The notes under the pieces: generated by a model | Seen by the model: the letters and a program-made list of their open reading frames with translations, nothing else | Databases searched by the model: none | Told to the model about the DNA's origin: nothing | Program-made: the position numbers and the translations under genes | Shown: in pieces, positions 27,275-36,762 of the stretch | How positions within the stretch are numbered: position 1 is the stretch's first letter | Layout of the letters: each line of letters starts with the position of its first letter | Origin: Bacteroidales bacterium | GTDB lineage: Bacteria > Bacteroidota > Bacteroidia > Bacteroidales > PUMT01 | Direction: 5' to 3' | Length of the DNA: 64,000 nucleotides | Assembly (NCBI GenBank): GCA_007134675.1 | Contig: SLKJ01000008.1 | Location: 10,012 to 74,011 of the forward strand

Positions 27275-28798
27275 TCAGAAAGGGGGTGGTTCATTGTCAA
27301 AATCTATATTACCCTTTCCGGTAAAACCACTCGAGAACTCACTGTCTTTATTCATTTTTGAGCTGAGGGTTATTGAGAGGTCGTCTTCGGATATGGGCTT
27401 AAGATCATCTTCAAGTTCAGTAAAATTGGCAGCTTCTGAATTAAATTTCAGTTTTACCTCGCCAACGGGTCCGTTCCTGTGTTTTGAAATTATTATTTCA
27501 GCTATCCCAATGTTTGAGTTTCCATCCTCATCTTCATAAAATCCGTAGTATTCTGGTCTGTGAATAAACAATACCATATCAGCGTCCTGTTCAATTGCAC
27601 CTGATTCACGCAGATCTGAAAGTTGAGGCCTTTTTGTCCCACCTCTTGTTTCTACTGCCCGATTTAACTGGGAAAGAGCAATTACCGGTACATCAAGCTC
27701 TTTTGATATAGCTTTAAGTGAGCGGGATATTGTTGATACTTCCTGTTCACGATTACCCCTGGTATCAGATGTTCCGGTCATCAACTGCAAATAGTCAATT
27801 ATTATCAGGTCAATATTATGCTGCCTCTTTAGCCTTCTGCATTTTGCCCTCAGCTCATAAATTGATATAGCTGGCGTATCATCAATGAAGATGGGAGCAT
27901 CAACAAGGTTTTTAATTTTTATTTCCAGCTGTTCCCATTCGTAATCATGCAGCTTACCGTTTCTAATACGATCGGAAGGAAGTTTTGTCTCGCTTACTAT
28001 CATTCTGTTAACCAGTTGAATGGATGACATCTCAAGTGAAAATACAGCTACGGGTCTCTTGTGTTCAACTGCAATGTTTCTGGTCATTGAAAGCACAAAG
28101 GCTGTTTTTCCCATCGAGGGCCGGGCAGCAATAATTACGAGGTCTGATTTCTGCCAGCCTGAGGTAATGCGGTCAATCCTCGTAAAACCGCTTGGAACAC
28201 CGCTCAGGTTATCCTCTCTCTTGCTGGATTCTTCAATCTGATTAATAGCTTCTTTAATCAGCATATTTATCTTTACCGTCTCCTTCTTAATATTTCCCTC
28301 GGCAATATTGAACAGCTCTGTCTCCGAGAAATCAAGCAGATCATCAACATCACTGCTTTCATCATAGGAACGGTTCTGTATTTCGGTAGAGATCCTTATA
28401 AGTTCTCTCTGAATATATTTCTGTGCAATGATTCGTGCATGATATTCAATGTGGGCAGCCGATGACACTCTACCGGTCAGCTGTGTTATATAGAATGCTC
28501 CGCCAACAGATTCAAGCTGTTTTTGTTTCTTCAGCTCTTCGGTAACAGTCAGAATATCTATCGGTTTCTCCTCAAGGGATAATTTCATCAATGCTGTATA
28601 TATCTTCTGATGTGATTCCTTGTAAAAACTTTCGGGTTTTAAAAGGTCCAGCACACCGATAAGAGCATCTTTCTCAAGCATAATTGCTCCAAGGACAGTC
28701 TCTTCGAGTTCAATTGCCTGAGGCGGCACCTTTCCATATTCACCTACCGGCTGCAACTGGCTGTATCTGGGTTTAACGATTTTATCCATGCTAAGCAA
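27275..28798 (-). CDS. dnaB: Replicative DNA helicase DnaB
   Basis: 507 aa. The N-terminal domain has PPQAIELEETVLGAIML. Walker A is ARPSMGKTAF, with SLEMS, IIDYLQLM and ALSQLNRAVE also present. The C-terminal ~50-aa extension is unusually long. Confidence 0.93.
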   Translation of the reverse strand: MLSMDKIVKPRYSQLQPVGEYGKVPPQAIELEETVLGAIMLEKDALIGVLDLLKPESFYKESHQKIYTALMKLSLEEKPIDILTVTEELKKQKQLESVGGAFYITQLTGRVSSAAHIEYHARIIAQKYIQRELIRISTEIQNRSYDESSDVDDLLDFSETELFNIAEGNIKKETVKINMLIKEAINQIEESSKREDNLSGVPSGFTRIDRITSGWQKSDLVIIAARPSMGKTAFVLSMTRNIAVEHKRPVAVFSLEMSSIQLVNRMIVSETKLPSDRIRNGKLHDYEWEQLEIKIKNLVDAPIFIDDTPAISIYELRAKCRRLKRQHNIDLIIIDYLQLMTGTSDTRGNREQEVSTISRSLKAISKELDVPVIALSQLNRAVETRGGTKRPQLSDLRESGAIEQDADMVLFIHRPEYYGFYEDEDGNSNIGIAEIIISKHRNGPVGEVKLKFNSEAANFTELEDDLKPISEDDLSITLSSKMNKDSEFSSGFTGKGNIDFDNEPPPF

Positions 28799-28924
28799 AT
28801 TTAACCTTTATTACGGGGTTCCAAAGTTATAAAATAACTGCTGCCTCCTGAAACTTTAATCAACATTCTTTTTGAACAGAAAGGTGTTGAAAAATAAACT
28901 AAATTTGTTCAAAACAACCGTAAA

Positions 28925-29755
28925 ATGATTTGCTTTCCCAATGCCAAAATCAATATCGGACTTAATATAACAGGAAAAAGAGAGGACGGCTATCATAATA
29001 TCGAGACCCTCTTATATCCTGTTAGGTTAACAGACATACTTGAGATTATCCCCCTTCCGGGGAAAAATTCAGACATGGTCAGGCTTATAAATACCGGCCT
29101 GAAAATCGATGTTGATGCATCAGCCAACCTCTGTGTCAGAGCATGGAGGGAGCTTTGCCATATAAGGCAATTGCCCCCTGTGGAGATGCATCTTCATAAG
29201 ATAATACCTCATGGAGCCGGACTTGGAGGTGGGTCTTCCAATGCCGCATCTGTATTAATGACTCTTAATGAAATGTTTGAGTTAAATATAACCAGTCCCG
29301 AGCTTGCTTTGATTGCAGGACAGATTGGCAGTGACTGCCCTTTTTTCATTTACAACAAACCGGTTTTTGCAAAGGGACGGGGTGATATTCTTGAGGATGC
29401 CGGGATTGACCTGACCGGCTGCAGAATTGTAATTGTGCATCCTGGCAAGGGCATAAATACTGCCTGGGCTTACAGCAATATAAAGAGTAAGAAACCATCA
29501 TGTTCTTTGATTGATCTGTTGCAAACGGATCCATTAACCTGGCAGGACAGGGTAATCAATGATTTTGAATCATTGGTTTTTGATGCGTTTCCCGTGGTGA
29601 AGGATATAAGAGAGAAACTGATTGAATCAGGGGCCTTTTATTCATCTATGAGTGGAAGCGGGTCGGCGGTTTACGGTCTTTATAGCAGTAAGGATGATAA
29701 AGTTAACTTGCAGGATCAGTTTCCGGGGATGTTTGTATGGGAGGGTATCCTTTAG
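28925..29755 (+). CDS. ispE: 4-diphosphocytidyl-2-C-methyl-D-erythritol kinase
   Basis: 276 aa with PNAKINIGLNITGKREDGYHNIET, the GHMP kinase motif KIIPHGAGLGGGSSNAAS, and MSGSGSAVYGL. Confidence 0.9.
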   Translation: MICFPNAKINIGLNITGKREDGYHNIETLLYPVRLTDILEIIPLPGKNSDMVRLINTGLKIDVDASANLCVRAWRELCHIRQLPPVEMHLHKIIPHGAGLGGGSSNAASVLMTLNEMFELNITSPELALIAGQIGSDCPFFIYNKPVFAKGRGDILEDAGIDLTGCRIVIVHPGKGINTAWAYSNIKSKKPSCSLIDLLQTDPLTWQDRVINDFESLVFDAFPVVKDIREKLIESGAFYSSMSGSGSAVYGLYSSKDDKVNLQDQFPGMFVWEGIL

Positions 29756-30093
29756 GCAAAACCGATCTCTATCATCAGCTTACCTTTAGGAACTTTCTCA
29801 CCCTCTTTCAAATTGATGGATTTGATTATTCCCTCGAGGGGACTTTTAATAAGGTTTTGCATCTTCATTGCTTCCAGAATTAAAAGATTATCCCCTTTTT
29901 TAACACACTGGCCCTCTTTTACATAAAGCTTAAGTATTGTGCCGGGGATAAAGGATTTTACCTTGTTCTTTTCAGATTTTGACCACTTTTGCCTTTTTTC
30001 AAACTTTTTATTCAAGGTGGTACGATACTTTGTGCCGTCAATAACAAATGTCTTGCATTTTATCTTTTTCTCTTCACAATCAATCTTGTTCAT
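29752..30093 (-). CDS. Biotin carboxyl carrier / biotinyl-domain protein
   Basis: 113 aa. The C-terminal biotinyl domain carries the EAMKMQN biotinylation motif, and the N-terminal half is Lys-rich. Its stop codon overlaps the ispE stop (convergent). Confidence 0.85.
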   Translation of the reverse strand: MNKIDCEEKKIKCKTFVIDGTKYRTTLNKKFEKRQKWSKSEKNKVKSFIPGTILKLYVKEGQCVKKGDNLLILEAMKMQNLIKSPLEGIIKSINLKEGEKVPKGKLMIEIGFA

Positions 30094-30134
30094 TATATTT
30101 ATATTTTATTGTGCGAACAAAAAAAATAATTTTT

Positions 30135-31679
30135 TCAAAAGGGAGGGATCCCATGTTTCTTCTGGGGCAAAAACACTGATTTGCTTCCGGACACTTCGAT
30201 TGCATGGAGAAGAAGATTCCTGGTCTCCTCAGGTTCAATAACCGAGTCTACATATCCACGGGCAGCTGCAACATAAGGGTTGGCAAACTTCTCCTTATAT
30301 TCTTTTACCTTCTGCTTCCTCATTTTATCGGGATCTTTGGCTTCCATTATATCCTTTCTGAAAATTATATTGGCAGCACCTTCCGGACCCATGACTGCGA
30401 TTTCAGCAGTTGGCCACGCAAACACGAAGTCCGCGCGGAGATGTCTTGAGCTCATTGCAATATATCCGCCTCCGTATGCTTTTCTGATAATGACGGTCAT
30501 CTTTGCTACGGTAGCTTCGCTGTATGCATAAAGAACCTTGGCTCCATGTCGTATTACGCCGGCATGCTCCTGGTCCACCCCCGGCAGATAACCCGGAAGA
30601 TCAACAAGTGTGATTATCGGTATGTTGAAAGCATCACAATAACGAATGAACCTTGCAGCTTTATCCGATGAATCAACATCAAGCACCCCGGCAAGCACAA
30701 GTGGCTGATTGGCAACAAAGCCGATGGTATCTCCATTCATTCTTCCAAATCCAATTACTATATTGGAAGCCCATAATTCCTGAATTTCAAAGAAATCGGA
30801 ATCATCTGCTATTGCCCTGATAACGTCTCTCACATCATATGGCTGACGGGGGTCTCCCGGTACAATTTCAGAAATCCTGTATTCAGGTTTCGGCTCTTTC
30901 GGTTCAAATTTCAGCGCTTTCCTTATGTTGTTCATAGGAATGAATGTGATAAGCTTTTTTATCTGTTCAAAACAGTCTGCTTCACTTTTTGCAAAAAAGT
31001 GGGCATTGCCCGTAATTTCACTATGCACACGCGCTCCTCCAAGGTCTTCCATCGTGATCTCTTCGCCAAGAACGGTCTTTATCACTTCAGGGCCGGTTAT
31101 AAACATTTTTGATATCTTATCAACAACAAAAACAAAATCTGTGAGGGCCGGGGAATAGACTGCACCACCGGCACAGGGTCCCAGAATTACCGATATCTGC
31201 GGTATGACACCTGAAGAGAGTGTATTTCTGAAAAATATCTCTCCGTAACCGGCCAGCGAATTAACTCCCTCCTGGATTCTGGCACCACCCGAATCATTTA
31301 TTCCGATCAGGGGGACTTTCATTTTGAGTGCATGGTCCATGATCTTTGTGATCTTGCGTGCATGCATCATTCCAAGGGAGCCGCCTGCAACGGTAAAATC
31401 CTGAGCAAAGATGCAGACAGGAGCTCCGTAGATGGTACCTGTTCCGATTATTACACCATCACCATGCAGTACTTTCTTGTCCATATCGAAATCTCTTGCC
31501 TCATGTTCAACGAACAGGTCATATTCATGAAATGAATCAGGATCGCATAGAGAGATTATCCTCTCACGTGCGGTCATTTTACCCATAGCGGTCTGTTTTT
31601 CAATGGCCTTGTCGCCTCCGCCTTTCAGTACCTCTTCCCTTTTCTTGTGTAATTCAAGGATCTTCCTTTTTAATCCCAT
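30135..31679 (-). CDS. Acyl-CoA carboxylase carboxyltransferase (beta) subunit / methylmalonyl-CoA decarboxylase alpha-type
   Basis: 514 aa. GKMTARERI, FAQDFTVAGGSLG, GINDSGGARIQEG, PGYLPGVDQEHAGVIRHGAK and AYGGGYIAM are typical of the propionyl-CoA carboxylase beta / MmdA family. Confidence 0.9.
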   Translation of the reverse strand: MGLKRKILELHKKREEVLKGGGDKAIEKQTAMGKMTARERIISLCDPDSFHEYDLFVEHEARDFDMDKKVLHGDGVIIGTGTIYGAPVCIFAQDFTVAGGSLGMMHARKITKIMDHALKMKVPLIGINDSGGARIQEGVNSLAGYGEIFFRNTLSSGVIPQISVILGPCAGGAVYSPALTDFVFVVDKISKMFITGPEVIKTVLGEEITMEDLGGARVHSEITGNAHFFAKSEADCFEQIKKLITFIPMNNIRKALKFEPKEPKPEYRISEIVPGDPRQPYDVRDVIRAIADDSDFFEIQELWASNIVIGFGRMNGDTIGFVANQPLVLAGVLDVDSSDKAARFIRYCDAFNIPIITLVDLPGYLPGVDQEHAGVIRHGAKVLYAYSEATVAKMTVIIRKAYGGGYIAMSSRHLRADFVFAWPTAEIAVMGPEGAANIIFRKDIMEAKDPDKMRKQKVKEYKEKFANPYVAAARGYVDSVIEPEETRNLLLHAIEVSGSKSVFLPQKKHGIPPF

Positions 31680-31893
31680 AAACAGGTAATTTGGTTAATA
31701 AGAATACAACATTACGAAATCAAAATATATTAAAAAAATTTTAAAATACATATGTTATTTCCGGATCAATTAGTAAACTGATTATTAATCTGAAAGAATG
31801 AAAAAAAAATTGCGGTCGTCTCTGTTCAACATCAGCAGGCTTTTTATCTGATTAATATTCCGGAATGTTTTGTGCAACGGATTTTCATACTGA

Positions 31894-32988
31894 TTACTTA
31901 GGTGCAAATCGGTAAATAATGTATGCAATAACTGCATAAAGTATATTGGGTATCCATACCGCAACCATCGGGCTCAGCAGTCCACTGACCGAGAACATGG
32001 TGCTGAAACGCATGAAAAGGATATAGGAGAAGCTGAGCATCAATCCCAGTCCGATATGAAAACCGATGCCTTCACGTACTTTCCTTGACGACAGAGCCAT
32101 ACCGATAAGGGTAAGTATGAAGGTGGAGAAGGGAAATGATATGCGACTGTAACGTTCAATAAGATAATAGTCTATGTTATCCGCACCCTGCATCCGCTGT
32201 TGATCAATGAATTCGTCAAGCTGTCTCAGGCTCATAGTCTCCACTATGCTTTCCCTGCGACTTAATTCGGAAGGATGAACATTCAGCGTAGTATCTAATG
32301 TAATACCTTTTTCAATCCTTTGGCCGGTCTCTTCAAAATGCCTTGTCAGATATTGCCTCAGAGTCCATTTGTTGGTGGTAGTATCATATGATGCATAATC
32401 AGATGTTGTTTTAGATACCAGTCTGTTCCCTTCAAACTTTTCAATTGAGAAATTGTATGCGATATTGGAGGCATGGCTGAAGTTTGAGAAATATATATAC
32501 ACCCCCGGCAGGATCTGTTTGTGAACGTTTCGTAAATCGGCCCTGGTTGATTGCCTCCTGTAGTATTTTTCTTCAAAATCAAGCCTCTTTTCATTAGATT
32601 TTGGCAGCACCAGATCACTCATCAGAAATGCAAAAACAGCAATTATAGTTGCAGATATGAAATAGGGCCTGAGAAGGCGCCTGAAACTTACCCCGTTGCT
32701 GAGTATGGCGATAATCTCGGTGTTATACGCCATCTTGGAAGTGAAATATATGACCGATATAAAGGTGAAGAGGGGACTGAAAAGAATGGCAAAATAAGGG
32801 ATGAAATTAAGGTAATAATCAAATACAACCGCTCTCCAGGGAGCCTCCCTCTCTATAAAATTATCCAGTTTCTCGGCCAGGTCAAAAATCACTGCGATGC
32901 TTACAATGAGTAAGATGGAATAAAAAAATGTCCCCAGAAACTTTTTTATAATATATATGTCCAGTATTTTGAATAGTTGTTTGTTCAT
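31894..32988 (-). CDS. LptF/LptG family permease
   Basis: The start at M31 of the longest ORF (MNKQLFKILDIYIIKKFLGTFFYS) gives the typical family N-terminus and a 4-nt overlap with the tgt stop. The topology is 6-TM with a periplasmic domain. Confidence 0.8.
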   Translation of the reverse strand: MNKQLFKILDIYIIKKFLGTFFYSILLIVSIAVIFDLAEKLDNFIEREAPWRAVVFDYYLNFIPYFAILFSPLFTFISVIYFTSKMAYNTEIIAILSNGVSFRRLLRPYFISATIIAVFAFLMSDLVLPKSNEKRLDFEEKYYRRQSTRADLRNVHKQILPGVYIYFSNFSHASNIAYNFSIEKFEGNRLVSKTTSDYASYDTTTNKWTLRQYLTRHFEETGQRIEKGITLDTTLNVHPSELSRRESIVETMSLRQLDEFIDQQRMQGADNIDYYLIERYSRISFPFSTFILTLIGMALSSRKVREGIGFHIGLGLMLSFSYILFMRFSTMFSVSGLLSPMVAVWIPNILYAVIAYIIYRFAPK

Positions 32989-34115
32989 AGCTTGTTGCTT
33001 ATCCGCGGAATTACTGAATCCTTCCATGCATAATAATTCCCAAGGGTTATCTCTTTCCTCGCTTTTTTCAAAAGCCATATGTAAAACCCAAGGTTGTGAA
33101 TACTGGCAATAACGGATCCCAGCATTTCTCCCGAAACTATTAGATGACGTAAATATGCCTTTGAATATTGTACTCCGGTACTGGTTGTTCCCCCAGGATC
33201 AATTGGTGAAAAATCATTTTTCCATTTGAGGTTTTTTATATTTATAATGCCATCTGAAGTAAAGAGGGTTCCGTTGCGTCCGTTCCTTGTCGGCATTACA
33301 CAGTCGAACATATCGACTCCCAATGCAACGCATTCCAGAATATTGGCAGGTGTTCCGACACCCATTAGGTAGCGGGGTCTGGACCCGGGTAATATATTGT
33401 TAACTACATCGACCATCTCATACATCATCTCCGGTGGTTCTCCAACTGAAAGTCCGCCAATAGCATTGCCTGCAGCATCAAGTCCGCTAACATATTCTGC
33501 CGATTTCTTCCTGAGGTCGTCATAAACACTTCCCTGAACTATCGGGAATAAATACTGTTCGCTTCCATACACCACTTCGGTCTCGATAAATCTTTTCCAT
33601 CCTCTTTCAAGCCACCTGTGGGTAAGGTTCATAGAATCCCTGGCATATTTGTACTCACATGGCCATGGCGTGCATTCATCAAACGCCATGATAATATCTG
33701 CACCAATTATGCGCTGGGTATCAACAATATTTTCGGGTGTGAATTTATGCCTGGAGCCGTCTATATGAGATCTGAAGATTGCACCTTCCTCTGACAGTTT
33801 TCGGTTTTCTGCAAGTGAAAATACCTGGTAACCTCCGCTATCGGTCAGCATTGGTTTTTCCCAGCCGGTAAATTTATGCAATCCTCCGGCCTGATGGATA
33901 ATATCCAGACCGGGACGAAGGAACAGGTGGTAGGTGTTGGCAAGGATGATTTCTGCGCCTATATTGTTTTCCAGTTCATATCTGCTTACACCTCTGACAC
34001 TTCCAGCTGTTCCTACCGGCATGAAAACAGGGGTTTTTATTTTTCCTCTGCCGGTTGAAATTACTCCTGCACGGGCCCCTGAATGCCGGTCATAAGCCGT
34101 AAGTTTAAAAAACAT
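32985..34115 (-). CDS. tgt: tRNA-guanine transglycosylase (queuine tRNA-ribosyltransferase)
   Basis: The start at 34115 gives MFFKLTAYDRHSGARAG...TPVFMPVGT, collinear with the E. coli Tgt N-terminus. Also present are TDSGGYQVFS, LSVGE and the Zn-site motif CVMPTRNGRNG. Confidence 0.93.
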   Translation of the reverse strand: MFFKLTAYDRHSGARAGVISTGRGKIKTPVFMPVGTAGSVRGVSRYELENNIGAEIILANTYHLFLRPGLDIIHQAGGLHKFTGWEKPMLTDSGGYQVFSLAENRKLSEEGAIFRSHIDGSRHKFTPENIVDTQRIIGADIIMAFDECTPWPCEYKYARDSMNLTHRWLERGWKRFIETEVVYGSEQYLFPIVQGSVYDDLRKKSAEYVSGLDAAGNAIGGLSVGEPPEMMYEMVDVVNNILPGSRPRYLMGVGTPANILECVALGVDMFDCVMPTRNGRNGTLFTSDGIINIKNLKWKNDFSPIDPGGTTSTGVQYSKAYLRHLIVSGEMLGSVIASIHNLGFYIWLLKKARKEITLGNYYAWKDSVIPRISNKL

Positions 34116-34299
34116 TATCCACTGTTTAAAAATGTATGCCAAAGATAATCAATTGTCCAGACAATGATTCTCTTCAAATCCTGCATATATTTATCAGGGG
34201 CTATCTGAGATTGTTAAAAACCTTTTATAAAATTCCGGAGGCTTTTTTGATAATATACAAAATCTTTAATAAAATTACAGAGTCTTTTAATTACCAGGT

Positions 34300-35439
34300 G
34301 TGAGTTTCGACCTTGAAAATGTGGGCATAGGCTGGATGATTGTTTCCGGAGTTTTTGTTGCATCTTTTTTGATGCAGATGTATTTTTACCTCTTTTTTTT
34401 CAGACGTTTATCCATTCACAGAAGCAGTGATGCCATAACCTCTTCCGGAGAACCTCTTACTGTAATAATCTGCGCACGGGATGAGGCAGGAAACCTTGAA
34501 GAAAACCTGCCGGTTATCCTGGAGCAGGATTACAGGAATTTTGAAGTTGTCGTCGTTAATGATTCATCAGAGGACAATACGGAGGAGGTGCTTAACCGCT
34601 TAAAAGAGAGGTACTCTAATTTAAGATCAACACATATAAAGAAAGATCTGAAATTCAGGACTGGCAAAAAACTTGCCCTGACAATCGGACTTAAGGCAGC
34701 TAATTATGAGTGGGTTCTGCTGACTGACGCTGATTGCTGTCCTGCCAGCCCACATTGGATTTCACAAATGCAGAAACACTTTATCCCGCCATACGAAGTG
34801 GTTTTGGGTTATGGTGGGTATAAGAGCGGTATGGGACTTCTCAACAAACTGGTCCGATATGATACCTTTTTCATTGCCATGCAATATATTTCATTTGCAC
34901 TGGCTGGCTTACCTTATATGGGGGTTGGAAGGAACCTCGCCTACAAACGCTCACTCTTTTTTGCCAATAAGGGCTTTGCTTCACATCTGGCACTCGAGTC
35001 GGGTGATGATGATCTCTTTATCAATGAGGTAGCAAAAAAGGGGAACACGAATATAGAAATCTCACACCAGTCGCACACCCTGTCTTCTCCTCCTGAAGGC
35101 TGGACAGACTGGTTCAACCAGAAAAAGAGGCATCTGACCACGGGGTTTCATTACAGAAGCTCCACCCGGTGGCTACTGGGTCTGGAAACCGGAAGCCGCG
35201 TTCTCTTTTACTTACTGTTTGTGCTTTTACTTATCAATCAGGTTTTAATTCCTTACGTAATTACTTTTTTTATAGTAAGGTTGATTATAACTTTTCTGAT
35301 ATTAAATGCGGGGATGAGCCGTTTGAGTGAAAATAATTTATTACTATTTTCGCCATTGTTTGATATATTTGTACCGTTAATTAACATCTTCTGTGTAGTT
35401 GGCAATTCTATTACCCAAAAAAGAATCAAATGGAGATAA
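34300..35439 (+). CDS. Glycosyltransferase family 2, membrane-bound
   Basis: 379 aa with a GTG start. PLTVIICARDEAGNLE, VVVNDSSEDNT and TDADC (DxD) are GT2 motifs. TM helices at the N- and C-termini. Confidence 0.8.
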   Translation: MSFDLENVGIGWMIVSGVFVASFLMQMYFYLFFFRRLSIHRSSDAITSSGEPLTVIICARDEAGNLEENLPVILEQDYRNFEVVVVNDSSEDNTEEVLNRLKERYSNLRSTHIKKDLKFRTGKKLALTIGLKAANYEWVLLTDADCCPASPHWISQMQKHFIPPYEVVLGYGGYKSGMGLLNKLVRYDTFFIAMQYISFALAGLPYMGVGRNLAYKRSLFFANKGFASHLALESGDDDLFINEVAKKGNTNIEISHQSHTLSSPPEGWTDWFNQKKRHLTTGFHYRSSTRWLLGLETGSRVLFYLLFVLLLINQVLIPYVITFFIVRLIITFLILNAGMSRLSENNLLLFSPLFDIFVPLINIFCVVGNSITQKRIKWR

Positions 35440-36029
35440 GCCAGAACCTTTCCGATAAGGCTCAATATGATTATGATCTTGTAATAAAGGCTACAGATGG
35501 CGACCAGAGGGCGTATGCGGAATTACTGGGCAGGTATCGTGATGCGATATATTTTATGTTGCTTAAGATGGTTAATAATCCCAGCGATGCAGAGGACCTT
35601 ACGATAGAAGCATTTGGAAAGGCCTTTAAAAGTATTAAACAATACGCACCAAATTTTGCCTTCAGCACCTGGCTTTTTAAAATTGCGACCAATAATTGCA
35701 TAGATTTCATGCGCAAAAAGAAAAGTGCGCCTCTTTCATTCGAATCTCCCGGTGAAGAACATGATGACCCCTCTCACAATATCCAGTGTGAAGAAATGGA
35801 TCCGGAAGAGAAAATGATTAATATCCAGAAACTGGATATGATGAAGGATATTGTATCCAAACTGAAGCCGAGATACCGTAAACTAATAGAGCTAAGGTAT
35901 TTCAAGGAATATTCATACGATGAGATTGCTCAGGAGCTGGACCTGCCCATAGGGACCGTCAAAGCTCAGCTTTTCCGGGCAAGGGATCTGCTTTTTAATA
36001 TTTTCAGCAACAACAGTCCAAAATTATAA
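35430..36029 (+). CDS. RNA polymerase sigma-70 factor, ECF subfamily
   Basis: 199 aa. Region 2 is DAEDLTIEAFGKAF...FSTWLFKIATNNCIDFMRKK. Region 4 is RYRKLIELRYFKEYSYDEIAQELDLPIGTVKAQLFRAR. It overlaps the upstream GT2 gene by 10 nt. Confidence 0.88.
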   Translation: MEISQNLSDKAQYDYDLVIKATDGDQRAYAELLGRYRDAIYFMLLKMVNNPSDAEDLTIEAFGKAFKSIKQYAPNFAFSTWLFKIATNNCIDFMRKKKSAPLSFESPGEEHDDPSHNIQCEEMDPEEKMINIQKLDMMKDIVSKLKPRYRKLIELRYFKEYSYDEIAQELDLPIGTVKAQLFRARDLLFNIFSNNSPKL

Positions 36030-36031
36030 AA

Positions 36032-36676
36032 GTGTTGGCTCCCGATTGCCTGGCACGCTATTTTCCCGGTCTCGACCTGCTTGCAGCAGAAAGGTTCGGG
36101 CAACTTGAAGATCTCTACTGTTTCTGGAATGAGCGTATAAATTTAATATCCAGGAAGGATATTCCAAACCTCTGCATTAATCATATTTTGCACTCACTCA
36201 GCCTTGCCAGGGTCATACCTTTCGGGAGAAAAGATACAGTCCTTGATATTGGTACCGGTGGAGGTTTTCCGGGCATCCCTCTTGCAATAGTTTTTCCTGA
36301 TGTACATTTCACGCTGATTGACTCCATCGGTAAGAAGATCAGGGTAGTTGAAAGCATCACCCGGGAACTCGGTCTTGAGAATGTTTCAGCTTTTCGTTCC
36401 AGGGCAGAGGATTTTGAGGGCCTTTTCCATTATGTGGTGAGCCGGGCAGCATGTTCTTTTCGCGATTTGGTAAAACTTTCTGAAGGAAAGCTCTTTTTAG
36501 GCAGTGAACCGTCGCCTTCATACGGTATTTACTGTCTTAAGGGTGGAGATCTTAAAGAAGAGCTGACCGGATGGAAAACCAGGGTAAAGGTATTTGATAT
36601 CCGGAACTTTTTCAAAGAGGAATATTTCCTGAACAAGAAGATTGTCTTTTTACCTTCTGCCGAAACACGTGCATAA
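36032..36676 (+). CDS. rsmG: 16S rRNA (guanine527-N7)-methyltransferase
   Basis: 214 aa with a GTG start 2 nt after the sigma factor stop. It has WNERINLIS and the SAM motif DIGTGGGFPGIPLAI, then LIDSIGKK. Confidence 0.88.
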   Translation: MLAPDCLARYFPGLDLLAAERFGQLEDLYCFWNERINLISRKDIPNLCINHILHSLSLARVIPFGRKDTVLDIGTGGGFPGIPLAIVFPDVHFTLIDSIGKKIRVVESITRELGLENVSAFRSRAEDFEGLFHYVVSRAACSFRDLVKLSEGKLFLGSEPSPSYGIYCLKGGDLKEELTGWKTRVKVFDIRNFFKEEYFLNKKIVFLPSAETRA

Positions 36677-36762
36677 GTTACCCGGTTAAATCATCTAAAT
36701 AACCTGCATTAATAAATAACCGGTATTAATTTTTTCACTACGAAGAAGTAACTGAAGCTTAG

